From Actinomycetota bacterium (GTDB taxonomy: Bacteria; Actinomycetota; Acidimicrobiia; Acidimicrobiales; Ilumatobacteraceae), in NCBI GenBank assembly GCA_027729635.1, contig JAQCEM010000010.1, positions 422 through 64,421 on the forward strand: a stretch of DNA of 64,000 nt. The letters run 5' to 3'. Position 1 is the first letter of the stretch. Every line of letters begins with the position of its first letter. The position numbers and the translations under genes are program-made. The notes beneath the pieces are model-generated. The model did no database searches. It worked only from the letters and a program-made list of their open reading frames with translations, and was not told where the DNA came from. This document shows positions 36,244 to 44,294 of the stretch, one piece after another.

Positions 36244-36879
36244 TTATTTGGATGATGAAGGCGATGTGGTGGCGGCAACGAGGCCGAGAGCGATGAAGAC
36301 AGAGCCGGCAACATAACGCTGCACAAAAGGCAAAGTACGTCCGCTCAACAACTTGGCGCGCAGGGCACTCGCGGTGAGTGCGTACATACCATCGGTAACA
36401 CAACCAATGAGTACGAAGATTGTTCCGAGAACAAACGCCTGCGACCAGGCAGCACCTTTGTCGGTGTCAATGAATTGCGGAAGATACGACACGAAAAACA
36501 ACGCAACTTTCGGATTCAAAGTATTGACGATGATTCCTTGAGTGAATGAGCGACGCAAAGTTGTTGTTGTCGCCTCATTTTCAATATCAGTTGGCTGACG
36601 CAACAGCGTTCGTATGCCCACAAAAACGAGATAGCCGACACCAAGCCACTTCACCACATTGAATGCGGTTGCTGATGTAGCGAGCACTGCAGAAAGTCCG
36701 ACTGATGCAGCAATGACGTGTACGAAGTTACCGAGTTCAAGGCCAGCGACTGCGGCCAAACCAACTTCACGACCATCAGACACGCTGCGGTTGGGGACGT
36801 AGATGACTGCCGGTCTTGGAATGAGGAGTAGTGCAACTGATGCAATCGCGAAAGTGACTATTGAATGCAGGTCGGGCAC
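36244..36879 (-). CDS. LysE/RhtB family amino-acid exporter
   Basis: 211 aa with six hydrophobic segments. The N-terminal FAIASVALLLIPRPAVIYV and NPKVALFF motifs are typical of LysE/RhtB. Confidence 0.8.
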   Translation of the reverse strand: MPDLHSIVTFAIASVALLLIPRPAVIYVPNRSVSDGREVGLAAVAGLELGNFVHVIAASVGLSAVLATSATAFNVVKWLGVGYLVFVGIRTLLRQPTDIENEATTTTLRRSFTQGIIVNTLNPKVALFFVSYLPQFIDTDKGAAWSQAFVLGTIFVLIGCVTDGMYALTASALRAKLLSGRTLPFVQRYVAGSVFIALGLVAATTSPSSSK

Positions 36880-36888
36880 GAGGAAACT

Positions 36889-37410
36889 CTAGACCTCAAC
36901 GTTGATGGGCGACGAAGGAATTCGGTTCTCAATGATGTTCATCACGTGGGTGTGTAGTCCGGAGGGAACAAATGTGGTCTGTGCTGCCGCAATTTCGTCG
37001 ATATGCCACCAGCGCAATTCAAAAAGGTATTCGGCATTCAACGTGTCCCAGTCAAGAGCGGGCTGAGGCTCAAAGATTTCGGGAACCTGCACAAGATGAA
37101 TGTGTTCACGTTGACCATCCCATTGTCTGTTGATAAAGGGAATGCGATGTTCGCGAGTCCAAATATGGGGACCGATCTCTGGGTTGTGCAACCCGACTTC
37201 TTCAATGAGTTCTCGGCGCAGTGCAGTGACATGGTCTTCGCCGTCGTCAAGCCCTCCACCTGGAAGAGCCCAGCGAGTGCCCGCAGGGAATTCAAAACGC
37301 ACTAACAAGATGTGCTTGCTCGGCGTGAGAACAAGAGCCCGAGCTGCTGGTCGAATGCGCAACTCTGAGTTTTGGCCGGGCTCAGTCGGATGGTTGCTCA
37401 TTGAGCCCAT
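36889..37410 (-). CDS. NUDIX hydrolase
   Basis: Nudix box GGGLDDGEDHVTALRRELIEEVGL. The start is uncertain because the tracked start overlaps the upstream DUF3039 gene by 29 nt. Confidence 0.8.
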   Translation of the reverse strand: MGSMSNHPTEPGQNSELRIRPAARALVLTPSKHILLVRFEFPAGTRWALPGGGLDDGEDHVTALRRELIEEVGLHNPEIGPHIWTREHRIPFINRQWDGQREHIHLVQVPEIFEPQPALDWDTLNAEYLFELRWWHIDEIAAAQTTFVPSGLHTHVMNIIENRIPSSPINVEV

Positions 37411-37687
37411 CGTTCATCATGCGGTACATCTCGTAGATTGACTTGCAGTCTTCACACATCGGCAGTTTCTTGGGGTCGCGCGATGGAACCCACACATGAC
37501 CACACAGGGCCTCCAGGGGAGTGCCGTAAATGCGGGCCTCCATGACTTTGGCCTGAGCACTTTCGCCAGGCTCAACTTTGACAATGTGGGCCACTGTAGG
37601 TTCGCTGGTTTGAGTGTTTTCATCGAGTCGAGTGTCGAGAATCGTCGAGCCTGCGGGGTGTGCGGTCATTGGGTCATTTGAGGCCAT
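37382..37687 (-). CDS. DUF3039-family small protein (actinobacterial, Cys-rich C-terminus)
   Basis: Only the last 101 aa of tracked ORF 37382..38146 look genuine: MASNDP...VAHIVKVEPGESAQAKVMEARIYGTPLEALCGHVWVPSRDPKKLPMCEDCKSIYEMY, which is the DUF3039 signature. ATG at 37687. Confidence 0.75.
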   Translation of the reverse strand: MASNDPMTAHPAGSTILDTRLDENTQTSEPTVAHIVKVEPGESAQAKVMEARIYGTPLEALCGHVWVPSRDPKKLPMCEDCKSIYEMYRMMNDGLNEQPSD

Positions 37688-37721
37688 GACATAAGTCAAG
37701 CAGACGCCTTCACGCGGGGAC

Positions 37722-37946
37722 ATGCCGCTGTACGACTTCCGTTGCAAGACCTGCGAAACCACCTTTGAAGTGCGCCGTCCGATGGCTGAGGCCAGCGACC
37801 CCGCAACGTGCCCGCAAGGCCACGAGAATGCGGTGCGACTTTTGTCAGTGTTTGCCTCAGCGGGGACATCTTCGGGGGCGGTTGCTCGGGCACCTGCGCC
37901 ACGTTCGGGTGGCGGATGCGGTTCGGATTGCGGTTGCGCCCATTGA
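37722..37946 (+). CDS. FmdB-family zinc-ribbon putative regulatory protein
   Basis: MPLYDFRCKTCETTFEVRRPM....ATCPQGHENAVRLLSVF is the CxxC...C zinc-ribbon signature of the FmdB family. The tail is Gly/Cys-rich. Confidence 0.75.
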   Translation: MPLYDFRCKTCETTFEVRRPMAEASDPATCPQGHENAVRLLSVFASAGTSSGAVARAPAPRSGGGCGSDCGCAH

Positions 37947-38027
37947 TTTGGGGACACACTGATTGACTCACACTGAAAATGTTGGACGACGAGCGAGTTA
38001 CCCCATTCGTGATGTAAGTTGCAAGCC

Positions 38028-38162
38028 ATGGCCTCTTGGATTGTGAACTTGATCGTCGCTGGTGCAGCGATTGGTATCGGTGCAATCGGAACGCGTGTCA
38101 TCGGAGAAGCTTCAAAAGCGAAGCCGGTCCCGGTGAAGGTCCGCAAACCTCGCCAACGTTAA
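38028..38162 (+). CDS. possible 44-aa single-TM miniprotein (not in the ORF track)
   Basis: My translation: MASWIVNLIVAGAAIGIGAIGTRVIGEASKAKPVPVKVRKPRQR, stop TAA at 38160-38162. One hydrophobic helix plus a basic tail. It ends 3 nt before the DUF4031 start, between co-directional genes. No SD checked. Confidence 0.3.
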   Translation: MASWIVNLIVAGAAIGIGAIGTRVIGEASKAKPVPVKVRKPRQR

Positions 38163-38165
38163 GCC

Positions 38166-38450
38166 GTGGCAATTTATGTTGACGAGTGCCGCTGGTGGTA
38201 TAAAGAGCGCCATTGGTGTCACATGGTGAGCGATGTCAGCCTTGATGAGTTGCATGTATTTGCTGCAACCCTAGAAATTCCTCAACGTGGGTTTCATCGT
38301 GACCATTACGACCTGCCAGATACCTATCGTGAACAGGCGGTTGCCTTGGGAGCAATTGAAGTGACAAGTCGTGAACTGTTACATCGCATGCGGGCAGCGG
38401 GACTACGCGTGCGAAAGAGTTGCGACACTTCACTCAATCCAGTTACTTGA
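38166..38450 (+). CDS. DUF4031 domain protein
   Basis: MAIYVDECRWWYKERHWCHMVSDVSLDELHVFAATLEIPQRGFHRDHYDLP matches my recollection of the DUF4031 consensus (W..HL.SD....ELH.FA..LG......HYD). Confidence 0.7.
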   Translation: MAIYVDECRWWYKERHWCHMVSDVSLDELHVFAATLEIPQRGFHRDHYDLPDTYREQAVALGAIEVTSRELLHRMRAAGLRVRKSCDTSLNPVT

Positions 38451-38888
38451 GCGACCGAATTCGGTGGGGATGCTGCGCGCATTGCGCTTGGTGACGACGA
38501 ACCAGTCAATGAGTTGAATCCCTTGGCTTGCCAACCATGCCGATGTGAGATCAAATTCGTAGATGTCGTTTTCATCAAGGACGTCATGCTCGCGATACGA
38601 ATACACGACAACATCGGGCGTGTCGTGGTGATCAAGCGAAATGGCGAGTATCTGCCGAATGTTGTCAAGGTATCGAGCCCCGTTTTCAAAGAGTAAAACA
38701 CCATGCCCGATCAGTTGTCGATCAAGTGGAACAGCAGCGATATCGGATGTACGGCTAGAAGTATTGAGAGCGTGGCCAAGCAACGCGGCAAGTGATGCTG
38801 ATGTGATGGGGTCGACTCCGCAAGCGGGAATCGGGCGATCGGGTTGATGTTGTGCTTCGGTCAAGGCAGACCTCCGGTTCATAACCAA
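38430..38888 (-). CDS. hypothetical protein; layout resembles a RadC-like JAB/MPN domain with the metal-binding motif lost
   Basis: 152 aa. AAVPLDRQLIGHGVLLFENG...IRQILAISLDHHDTPDVVVYSYREHDVLDENDIYEFDLTSAWLASQGIQLIDWFVV parallels the RadC pattern (..LD....l......G......r.il..al...a..vil.HNHPSG...pS..D...T..l......gI.llDhiiv). YSYREHD replaces HNHPSG. The call is tentative. Confidence 0.45.
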   Translation of the reverse strand: MVMNRRSALTEAQHQPDRPIPACGVDPITSASLAALLGHALNTSSRTSDIAAVPLDRQLIGHGVLLFENGARYLDNIRQILAISLDHHDTPDVVVYSYREHDVLDENDIYEFDLTSAWLASQGIQLIDWFVVTKRNARSIPTEFGRSSNWIE

Positions 38889-38955
38889 GCAATGCTGCTT
38901 GGATGTGGAACGTGGGGAAGTCGTGAAAAGAACTTAGAGAAGGGGTGTTGCAGGT

Positions 38956-39810
38956 TCAGCCAACGACGACAATGCTGGCGATCACGCTGCCGATGATGGC
39001 AATAGCGGGCACGGCATAGCCCAACCACGGCGGTTGTTTTTGTTGTGGTGGCGGCAACATGATGCTGCCGCAAATTGCACCCATCACAATTCCGCCGATA
39101 TGACCACCGATTGAAATGCCGGGGATAGTGAATGTGAGCAACAAGTTGATCATCAACGTTGCGCCGAGTCCGGTTTGGAAGATATTGATTCCACGACGTT
39201 GCATGCCAATTGCTGCAGCGCCCATTAGCCCGAATACTGCTCCGGATGCGCCGCCATGTAGACCATTGCTGCTTCCTTCTAGTACAAGTACACCGAGCGA
39301 TCCACCGAGCAAACAAGCAAAGTACAACAGTCCATATCGCAGTCGACCTAACGGCGGTTCAAGCAACTTACCCAGTTGAAAGAGCAAGTACATATTCATT
39401 GCGATGTGCAAAATTCCGAAGTGCAAGAAACCGGAGGTGATGAGTCGATACCACTCGTGGTTAAAAGAGAGCAGTAACTTATTGAGTCCAAGTTCTACTT
39501 CGCGTGGCGAGATGCTGCTGCCAAAACCAGCAGAATTGGTGTCGCCAATAAGTACCCACACAAAAACTGCAACGTTCAGGGCAATGATGATGCGCGTGAT
39601 CAGTGCGTCTTGTGAGGCATTCCAATCTTTCGCTCGAACTGATGCAGCTGGTCGGGATGCCTTAATGCAATCGGGGCATTGACTGCCGATGGTGACGGCT
39701 TGCAAACAGTCACCGCACGCGGGTCGTCCGCATCGGGTGCACGAACGGCCAGTTGGCATGTTGGGGTGTCGATAACAACGGGGCAGAACTGGGGGTGCGA
39801 ATTCAGACAT
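38956..39810 (-). CDS. rhomboid-family intramembrane serine protease with an N-terminal zinc ribbon
   Basis: N-terminal CYRHP...CTRCGRPACGDCL...CPDC. Rhomboid core: WYRLITSGFLHFGILHIAMNM, the catalytic GASGAVFGLMG, and a downstream H in GGHIGG. The start is taken at ATG 39810 (MSEFAPP...). Confidence 0.85.
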   Translation of the reverse strand: MSEFAPPVLPRCYRHPNMPTGRSCTRCGRPACGDCLQAVTIGSQCPDCIKASRPAASVRAKDWNASQDALITRIIIALNVAVFVWVLIGDTNSAGFGSSISPREVELGLNKLLLSFNHEWYRLITSGFLHFGILHIAMNMYLLFQLGKLLEPPLGRLRYGLLYFACLLGGSLGVLVLEGSSNGLHGGASGAVFGLMGAAAIGMQRRGINIFQTGLGATLMINLLLTFTIPGISIGGHIGGIVMGAICGSIMLPPPQQKQPPWLGYAVPAIAIIGSVIASIVVVG

Positions 39811-39820
39811 AGTGGCTAGA

Positions 39821-41698
39821 TCAGACGGTAGTGGCTGACACACCAAATGCTGTGGCAGCAACGGGTCGACCGATGCGATATCCCTGCACCAAATCACAAC
39901 CGAGCAAGCGCAAACGTTCGATTTGCGCATCGGTTGTAACCCATTCGGCGATCACTGCCATATTGAGGCTGTGGGCCAACTGCACGATTCCGCGCACGAT
40001 GGGGTCATCGGTTTCGTCTTCGCCAAGTGCCCGAACAAATGATCCATCAAGTTTGAGGTAGTCGGCCGGACATGATCGTAGATGGGATAGCGACGAGTAC
40101 CCAGTTCCAAAATCATCAATTGATAGGCGAACACCGAATCTTTTCATTGATTGCAAAGTGCGCAAGGTGCTAGCAGTGTCGTTCATGAGCATTTTCTCGT
40201 CGAACTCCAGGGCTAAATGTTGTGGCTGCAAATCAAAATCATTGATGGCGGCCAATGTGCGCTCGACAAAACGGGTGTCTCCAACTTGGCGTGGCGAGAC
40301 ATTGACGTGAACAATGAATTGGCGATCAATACGTTTTTCATTCAGCCACACACGCATATCGGAACATGCTTGACGGATGACCCATTCACCAATGGGAACA
40401 ATGGCACCCGATTCTTCGGCGAGATCGACAAATGATGAAGGCGTGAGAAGCCCGAGTGTTGGATGACGCCAACGAAGCAAAGCCTCTGCGCCAACAACCT
40501 TGTTTGAATGTGGCGACATAACTGGCTGATACACAAGATGTAGTTCGTTGTTAGCCAGGGCTTGTTCAAGCGATGCGGACAATGTGGCGCGCTCTTTGGC
40601 AGTATTGCGCATGTTGTTGCTATACAACTCGCAGCGTGAACGCCCGCGCATCTTGGCGTGATACATGGCGGTGTCGGCGTTGCGCATGAGAGCAACAGCT
40701 GCGTCAACAAGCGCAGGTTCATCAATTTCGCCGCGAGTCATGGCCACGCCGAGGCTCGCGCCAGTCACTACTTCAATTCCTTGCAGCAATACGCGACCAG
40801 TGATTGCAGTGCGGATTCTCTCGGCAAGATCCATCGCTGCCTCTTCATCGGTGAGTCCTTCACACAAAATCACGAATTCATCTCCACCAATGCGCGCGAC
40901 GATATCGCCAGGGCGCGTTGCCGAAACCAGACGGCGTCCGATGTTGGTGATAAGGGCATCACCGTTTTCGTGACCAAGGCTGTCATTGATGTCTTTGAGT
41001 TTGTCAACATCTAAGAAGATCACCGACACAGTTGAAGTAGTGGAGCGCGAGCGTTCAATTGCTTCGGAGAGTTTGCGAATGAACAATGTGCGATTGGGTA
41101 GTCCGGTTAATACATCATGAGTTGCGAGGTGGGCCAGCTCGGCTTGTAGTCGCAAGGAAGAACTGATATCGCGGGCCAGCATCGTGATGCGATCGTTCGC
41201 GCAGGCAACTTGAACATCAAACGTGTGCAGTTCGTTGTCGGAGCCGCGTAGACCAACTTCGCCGCGCCAGTTTGAATTGGGCGTTGACAAAATTTCCCGG
41301 GGCATTTGATCGCGTACCGAAACGGCCATCTGATCAAAGTGGCTGGCGGCTTCGTTGACGTGCAGAATGACACCATTCATGTCGGTGATGATCGTTGGGT
41401 CATCTGACGATTCAAGGAGGGCGAGCAGTTGGCCAGATTCGTGCGAGAACAACTGTTGATAAGCGGCCATCGCGATCACGACACCCGAGTAGCCGGTGAT
41501 TGATCCGTCGGCGTCAAGTCGAGGGTTGGCTAAAAAGCGAAGGGGCGAGCCTTGGTCATCAATGGACGGGATACTGACCTCAATATCAATGGACGATGAC
41601 GAGTCAATGGCGTTGCGCCACGCCTGTTCGGCTTTGGCGCGATCGTCGGGATGGGCGTTAGCCCAAGGAGCTCGACCGAGGGGGACTGGTCCGCCCAA
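39821..41698 (-). CDS. PAS-containing diguanylate cyclase / c-di-GMP phosphodiesterase (GGDEF + EAL)
   Basis: Intact RIGGDEFVIL (GGDEF). EAL domain: EALLRWRHP, NVSPRQ, LEFDE, IDDFGTGYSSLSHL, KLDGSFV, EWVTT. PAS-like segments at the N-terminus. The tracked start is TTG and the true start is uncertain. Confidence 0.9.
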   Translation of the reverse strand: MGGPVPLGRAPWANAHPDDRAKAEQAWRNAIDSSSSIDIEVSIPSIDDQGSPLRFLANPRLDADGSITGYSGVVIAMAAYQQLFSHESGQLLALLESSDDPTIITDMNGVILHVNEAASHFDQMAVSVRDQMPREILSTPNSNWRGEVGLRGSDNELHTFDVQVACANDRITMLARDISSSLRLQAELAHLATHDVLTGLPNRTLFIRKLSEAIERSRSTTSTVSVIFLDVDKLKDINDSLGHENGDALITNIGRRLVSATRPGDIVARIGGDEFVILCEGLTDEEAAMDLAERIRTAITGRVLLQGIEVVTGASLGVAMTRGEIDEPALVDAAVALMRNADTAMYHAKMRGRSRCELYSNNMRNTAKERATLSASLEQALANNELHLVYQPVMSPHSNKVVGAEALLRWRHPTLGLLTPSSFVDLAEESGAIVPIGEWVIRQACSDMRVWLNEKRIDRQFIVHVNVSPRQVGDTRFVERTLAAINDFDLQPQHLALEFDEKMLMNDTASTLRTLQSMKRFGVRLSIDDFGTGYSSLSHLRSCPADYLKLDGSFVRALGEDETDDPIVRGIVQLAHSLNMAVIAEWVTTDAQIERLRLLGCDLVQGYRIGRPVAATAFGVSATTV

Positions 41699-41857
41699 TA
41701 AGGCAAGTTCGCGAAACCGTGAATCAGCCGAGGTGAGACGGCCAGATGCGTCGGTTTCAAAGAGTCCGATCTGAGGAGTGGGGGTTGACGAACTGATACT
41801 TCAGTTTGGCAGATTGTGGTGAGGCCAACGCGGAGGGTGACGGCGCGATCAAAATCA

Positions 41858-41908
41858 GCCACTCTGTACAAATTGTCGCGCTCAGCGCGACAATTTGTAC
41901 AGAGTGGC
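41858..41908. terminator. perfect 24-bp-stem, 3-nt-loop palindrome downstream of the small lipoprotein gene; probable strong terminator or repeat element
   Basis: GCCACTCTGTACAAATTGTCGCGC-TCA-GCGCGACAATTTGTACAGAGTGGC has no mismatch. On the minus strand it is followed by TGATTTTGATC. Confidence 0.6.
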
Positions 41909-41935
41909 GCGAAGTTTCTGGGGAAGTGGGGGCGT

Positions 41936-42106
41936 TTAGGGGGCGGGGGTTTCGAAGCTGGCGTCGCCTTCGACCGGCAGCGTCGTTGTCATAATCGACT
42001 CATTCTGATTCCCAGCCGGGATCTTCATATCGCGACCGTCATCGGCGCAAGCACCAAGCGTCAACAAAACGGGAATCAGGACGAGGGGAAGCAGGCGCTG
42101 TGTCAT
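41936..42106 (-). CDS. small lipoprotein (56 aa)
   Basis: MTQRLLPLVLIPVLLTLGACADDGRD... has a classical lipobox LGAC. The start is taken at ATG 42106 rather than the tracked 42199. Confidence 0.5.
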   Translation of the reverse strand: MTQRLLPLVLIPVLLTLGACADDGRDMKIPAGNQNESIMTTTLPVEGDASFETPAP

Positions 42107-42122
42107 TGCTCTCAACTTTACG

Positions 42123-43154
42123 GTGGCTGAGCGACCGAGGCGTGCAACTAGCCTGAGAACGATGTTGACGGCCCCCGAGAGTCCATTGTGCGTGCTCACA
42201 ATTCACGCTCACCCGGACGACGAAGCGTCCAAAGGTGCTCCGACTCTGGCCAAATATCACGATCTTGGCGTTCGGACCGTTCTAGTGTGCTGCACCGGCG
42301 GTGAAGAAGGCGATCTGCAAAATTCGACCCTCCGTGATGAAGGCGGTCCCTTTCACGGGTTGACCCCCGAGCAAGAAAAACAGCATTTGGCTCGAATCCG
42401 GCCCGTTGAATTAGCCGAGTCGGCCAAGGTCATTGGGTTCGATCAAGTCATCATGTTGGGCTACCGCGATTCGGGAATGGCCGATTCTCCTCCCAACGCC
42501 CACCCAGATTGTTTTCATCAGGCCGCGCTTGATGAAGCGGTTGGTCGACTGGTTTCAATCATTCGGCGTGAGCGGCCGCAAGTGATCATTACTTATGGCG
42601 ATGATCAGCGTGGCTATCCGCACCCCGATCATTTGAAAGTTCACGATATTTCGGTTCCGGCATTTGAACGTGCCGGAGATGCAATGTGGTATCCGTGGGC
42701 GGGTGAACCGTGGCAGCCCCTCAAGATGTATTACTCGGTGTGGGCGCGCACGCGATTGATCGCAGTTCATGAAGCAATGTTGGCGAAACTCGGTAAATCA
42801 CCGTACGACGATAAATGGTTAAATCGTCCAGGCCAAGACGAACGCATCACGACTCGTATTGATGTGGCCTCACACATGCGAGCGCGTTCAGGCGCATTGC
42901 GCGCGCACGCAACGCAAGTAGACCCCAAAGAGCCATGGTGGTTTGGCCTTGACGATGATGAGTTGGTCGCTGCGTACCCATACGAAGACTGGGTATTGGC
43001 TAAATCAGCAGTTGGTGCACCCGATGCTGATGTTGTTGAAATTGATTTGTTTGCCGGAATAAAAGAAGTGATTGCGCTTGAACCTGGGCAGTCATTTCCT
43101 GGTCGTTTGTCAAGCCCTGCATTAGTTGAAACAGAAGTCGGAGAAGTGGCATGA
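42123..43154 (+). CDS. mca: mycothiol S-conjugate amidase (Mca; LmbE/PIG-L deacetylase fold)
   Basis: LTIHAHPDDEA, CCTGGEEGDLQN, YRDSGM, YPHPDHLKVHDIS. The start may be ATG 42162. Confidence 0.8.
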   Translation: MAERPRRATSLRTMLTAPESPLCVLTIHAHPDDEASKGAPTLAKYHDLGVRTVLVCCTGGEEGDLQNSTLRDEGGPFHGLTPEQEKQHLARIRPVELAESAKVIGFDQVIMLGYRDSGMADSPPNAHPDCFHQAALDEAVGRLVSIIRRERPQVIITYGDDQRGYPHPDHLKVHDISVPAFERAGDAMWYPWAGEPWQPLKMYYSVWARTRLIAVHEAMLAKLGKSPYDDKWLNRPGQDERITTRIDVASHMRARSGALRAHATQVDPKEPWWFGLDDDELVAAYPYEDWVLAKSAVGAPDADVVEIDLFAGIKEVIALEPGQSFPGRLSSPALVETEVGEVA

Positions 43155-43390
43155 GTGTTGCACGCACAATTCAGTTTCGCCTCGTCATGGGTAAAGGTGA
43201 TGAGCGAGTCTCTGGCCCAGATGATGCAGATACTGTGGCGACAGTAATGAAGGCTGATGCCACGATGGATTTGTCGGTCGCCTTTATGAAAAGCAAACTG
43301 AAAATTACCGGTGCGACTGGTCCACTTTTTGATGCGTTGTCAAGTGGTGAAGCCGCCGCAACAATCGCTCGCTTGTTGAACGAAGGCTAA
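43151..43390 (+). CDS. SCP2 (sterol-carrier-like) small domain protein
   Basis: 79 aa. ...DATMDLSVAFMKSKLKITGATGPLFDAL... matches the SCP2 C-terminal signature (AFM.GKLKI.GD......L). Its ATG overlaps the mca stop (ATGA). Confidence 0.6.
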   Translation: MSVARTIQFRLVMGKGDERVSGPDDADTVATVMKADATMDLSVAFMKSKLKITGATGPLFDALSSGEAAATIARLLNEG

Positions 43391-43423
43391 GAAAGCCAAG
43401 GAGACAAGGAAAGCTCAGTAGAT

Positions 43424-44272
43424 CTAGTTCGCGCGACGCATTGCAGCGCGAAGTTCGCGATAACCAATCACGACGGCATCTTGCTCTTGCAACAAGTCGG
43501 TGACTGTTGTGTCGTGCAGGGCCAGATCAAGATCATCGATCCACTCATCGGCATGATCGGTGAGTGCACGAACTTCGGCAGTGTCAATACTTGGCTGAAT
43601 GTGAATTTCGGTCACGCCCGGTTTCAGGCCGCGAATTGCGTTGTACACCCGCTCGCGACTTCCGGCGCGCCAGTCATGGTCGAAGTGGTCGGGGAAAACA
43701 ATTCCTTCCTCGGCCGCAAGTCGACGGAATGGGAAGCCAGCTTGCTCAGCAGTCAACGTTGAAGGAAGACGAATGGGCAACTGAAATTCAACTGCCAACT
43801 CAAGATAGATGTCAAAGAATTCGGGTCTCAGTGTGATCACACTGAGATGAGGTGCGAGATGTGAAACATCAAAGCCCCAGATTGTGGCGCGTTCAATTTG
43901 GGCGCGACACTCACGAAGTACTTCAGCAGGATCAGCATGTTCCCAAAGATCATCCACATTTCGTGGAAAGCCGCCATCGCCAGACAGAAGTGATGGTGCA
44001 TGAGTAATAGGACCCCAGCGATAGAGCGGATGCTCGGCATTGAGAGTGATGTGTACGCCGATGTCTTCGCCGTCATACATTTCGGCAGCATGGCGCGCCC
44101 ACGGTGCAGGAACCATGACCGAAGCACATGAGGCAATGCCATGACGAATCGCTTCATACACGCCGATATTGGCGGCATGGCATGAACCAAGGTCGTCGCA
44201 CGAAACGATGACCAACTTTTGGCTGGCTTCGTAACCGAGTCGCTCGGCGAGACTGATCTCGTTGTTGCTCAC
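43424..44272 (-). CDS. ChbG/HpnK (YdjC-like) carbohydrate deacetylase family protein
   Basis: LVIVSCDDLGSCHAANIGVYEAIRHGIASCASVMV and HITLN are the metal-binding D and H motifs of the YdjC family. Confidence 0.75.
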   Translation of the reverse strand: MSNNEISLAERLGYEASQKLVIVSCDDLGSCHAANIGVYEAIRHGIASCASVMVPAPWARHAAEMYDGEDIGVHITLNAEHPLYRWGPITHAPSLLSGDGGFPRNVDDLWEHADPAEVLRECRAQIERATIWGFDVSHLAPHLSVITLRPEFFDIYLELAVEFQLPIRLPSTLTAEQAGFPFRRLAAEEGIVFPDHFDHDWRAGSRERVYNAIRGLKPGVTEIHIQPSIDTAEVRALTDHADEWIDDLDLALHDTTVTDLLQEQDAVVIGYRELRAAMRRAN

Positions 44273-44294
44273 GCCGTCACGCTATCGGCGAAGG

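Noticed and set aside
37688-38146. N-terminal 153 aa of tracked ORF 37382..38146
   Set aside because: Only the C-terminal 101 aa match the DUF3039 pattern, and they begin at a good internal ATG (37687). The extension is Pro/Ala/Arg-rich, is antisense to the FmdB gene and the 44-aa ORF, and would leave no promoter space.
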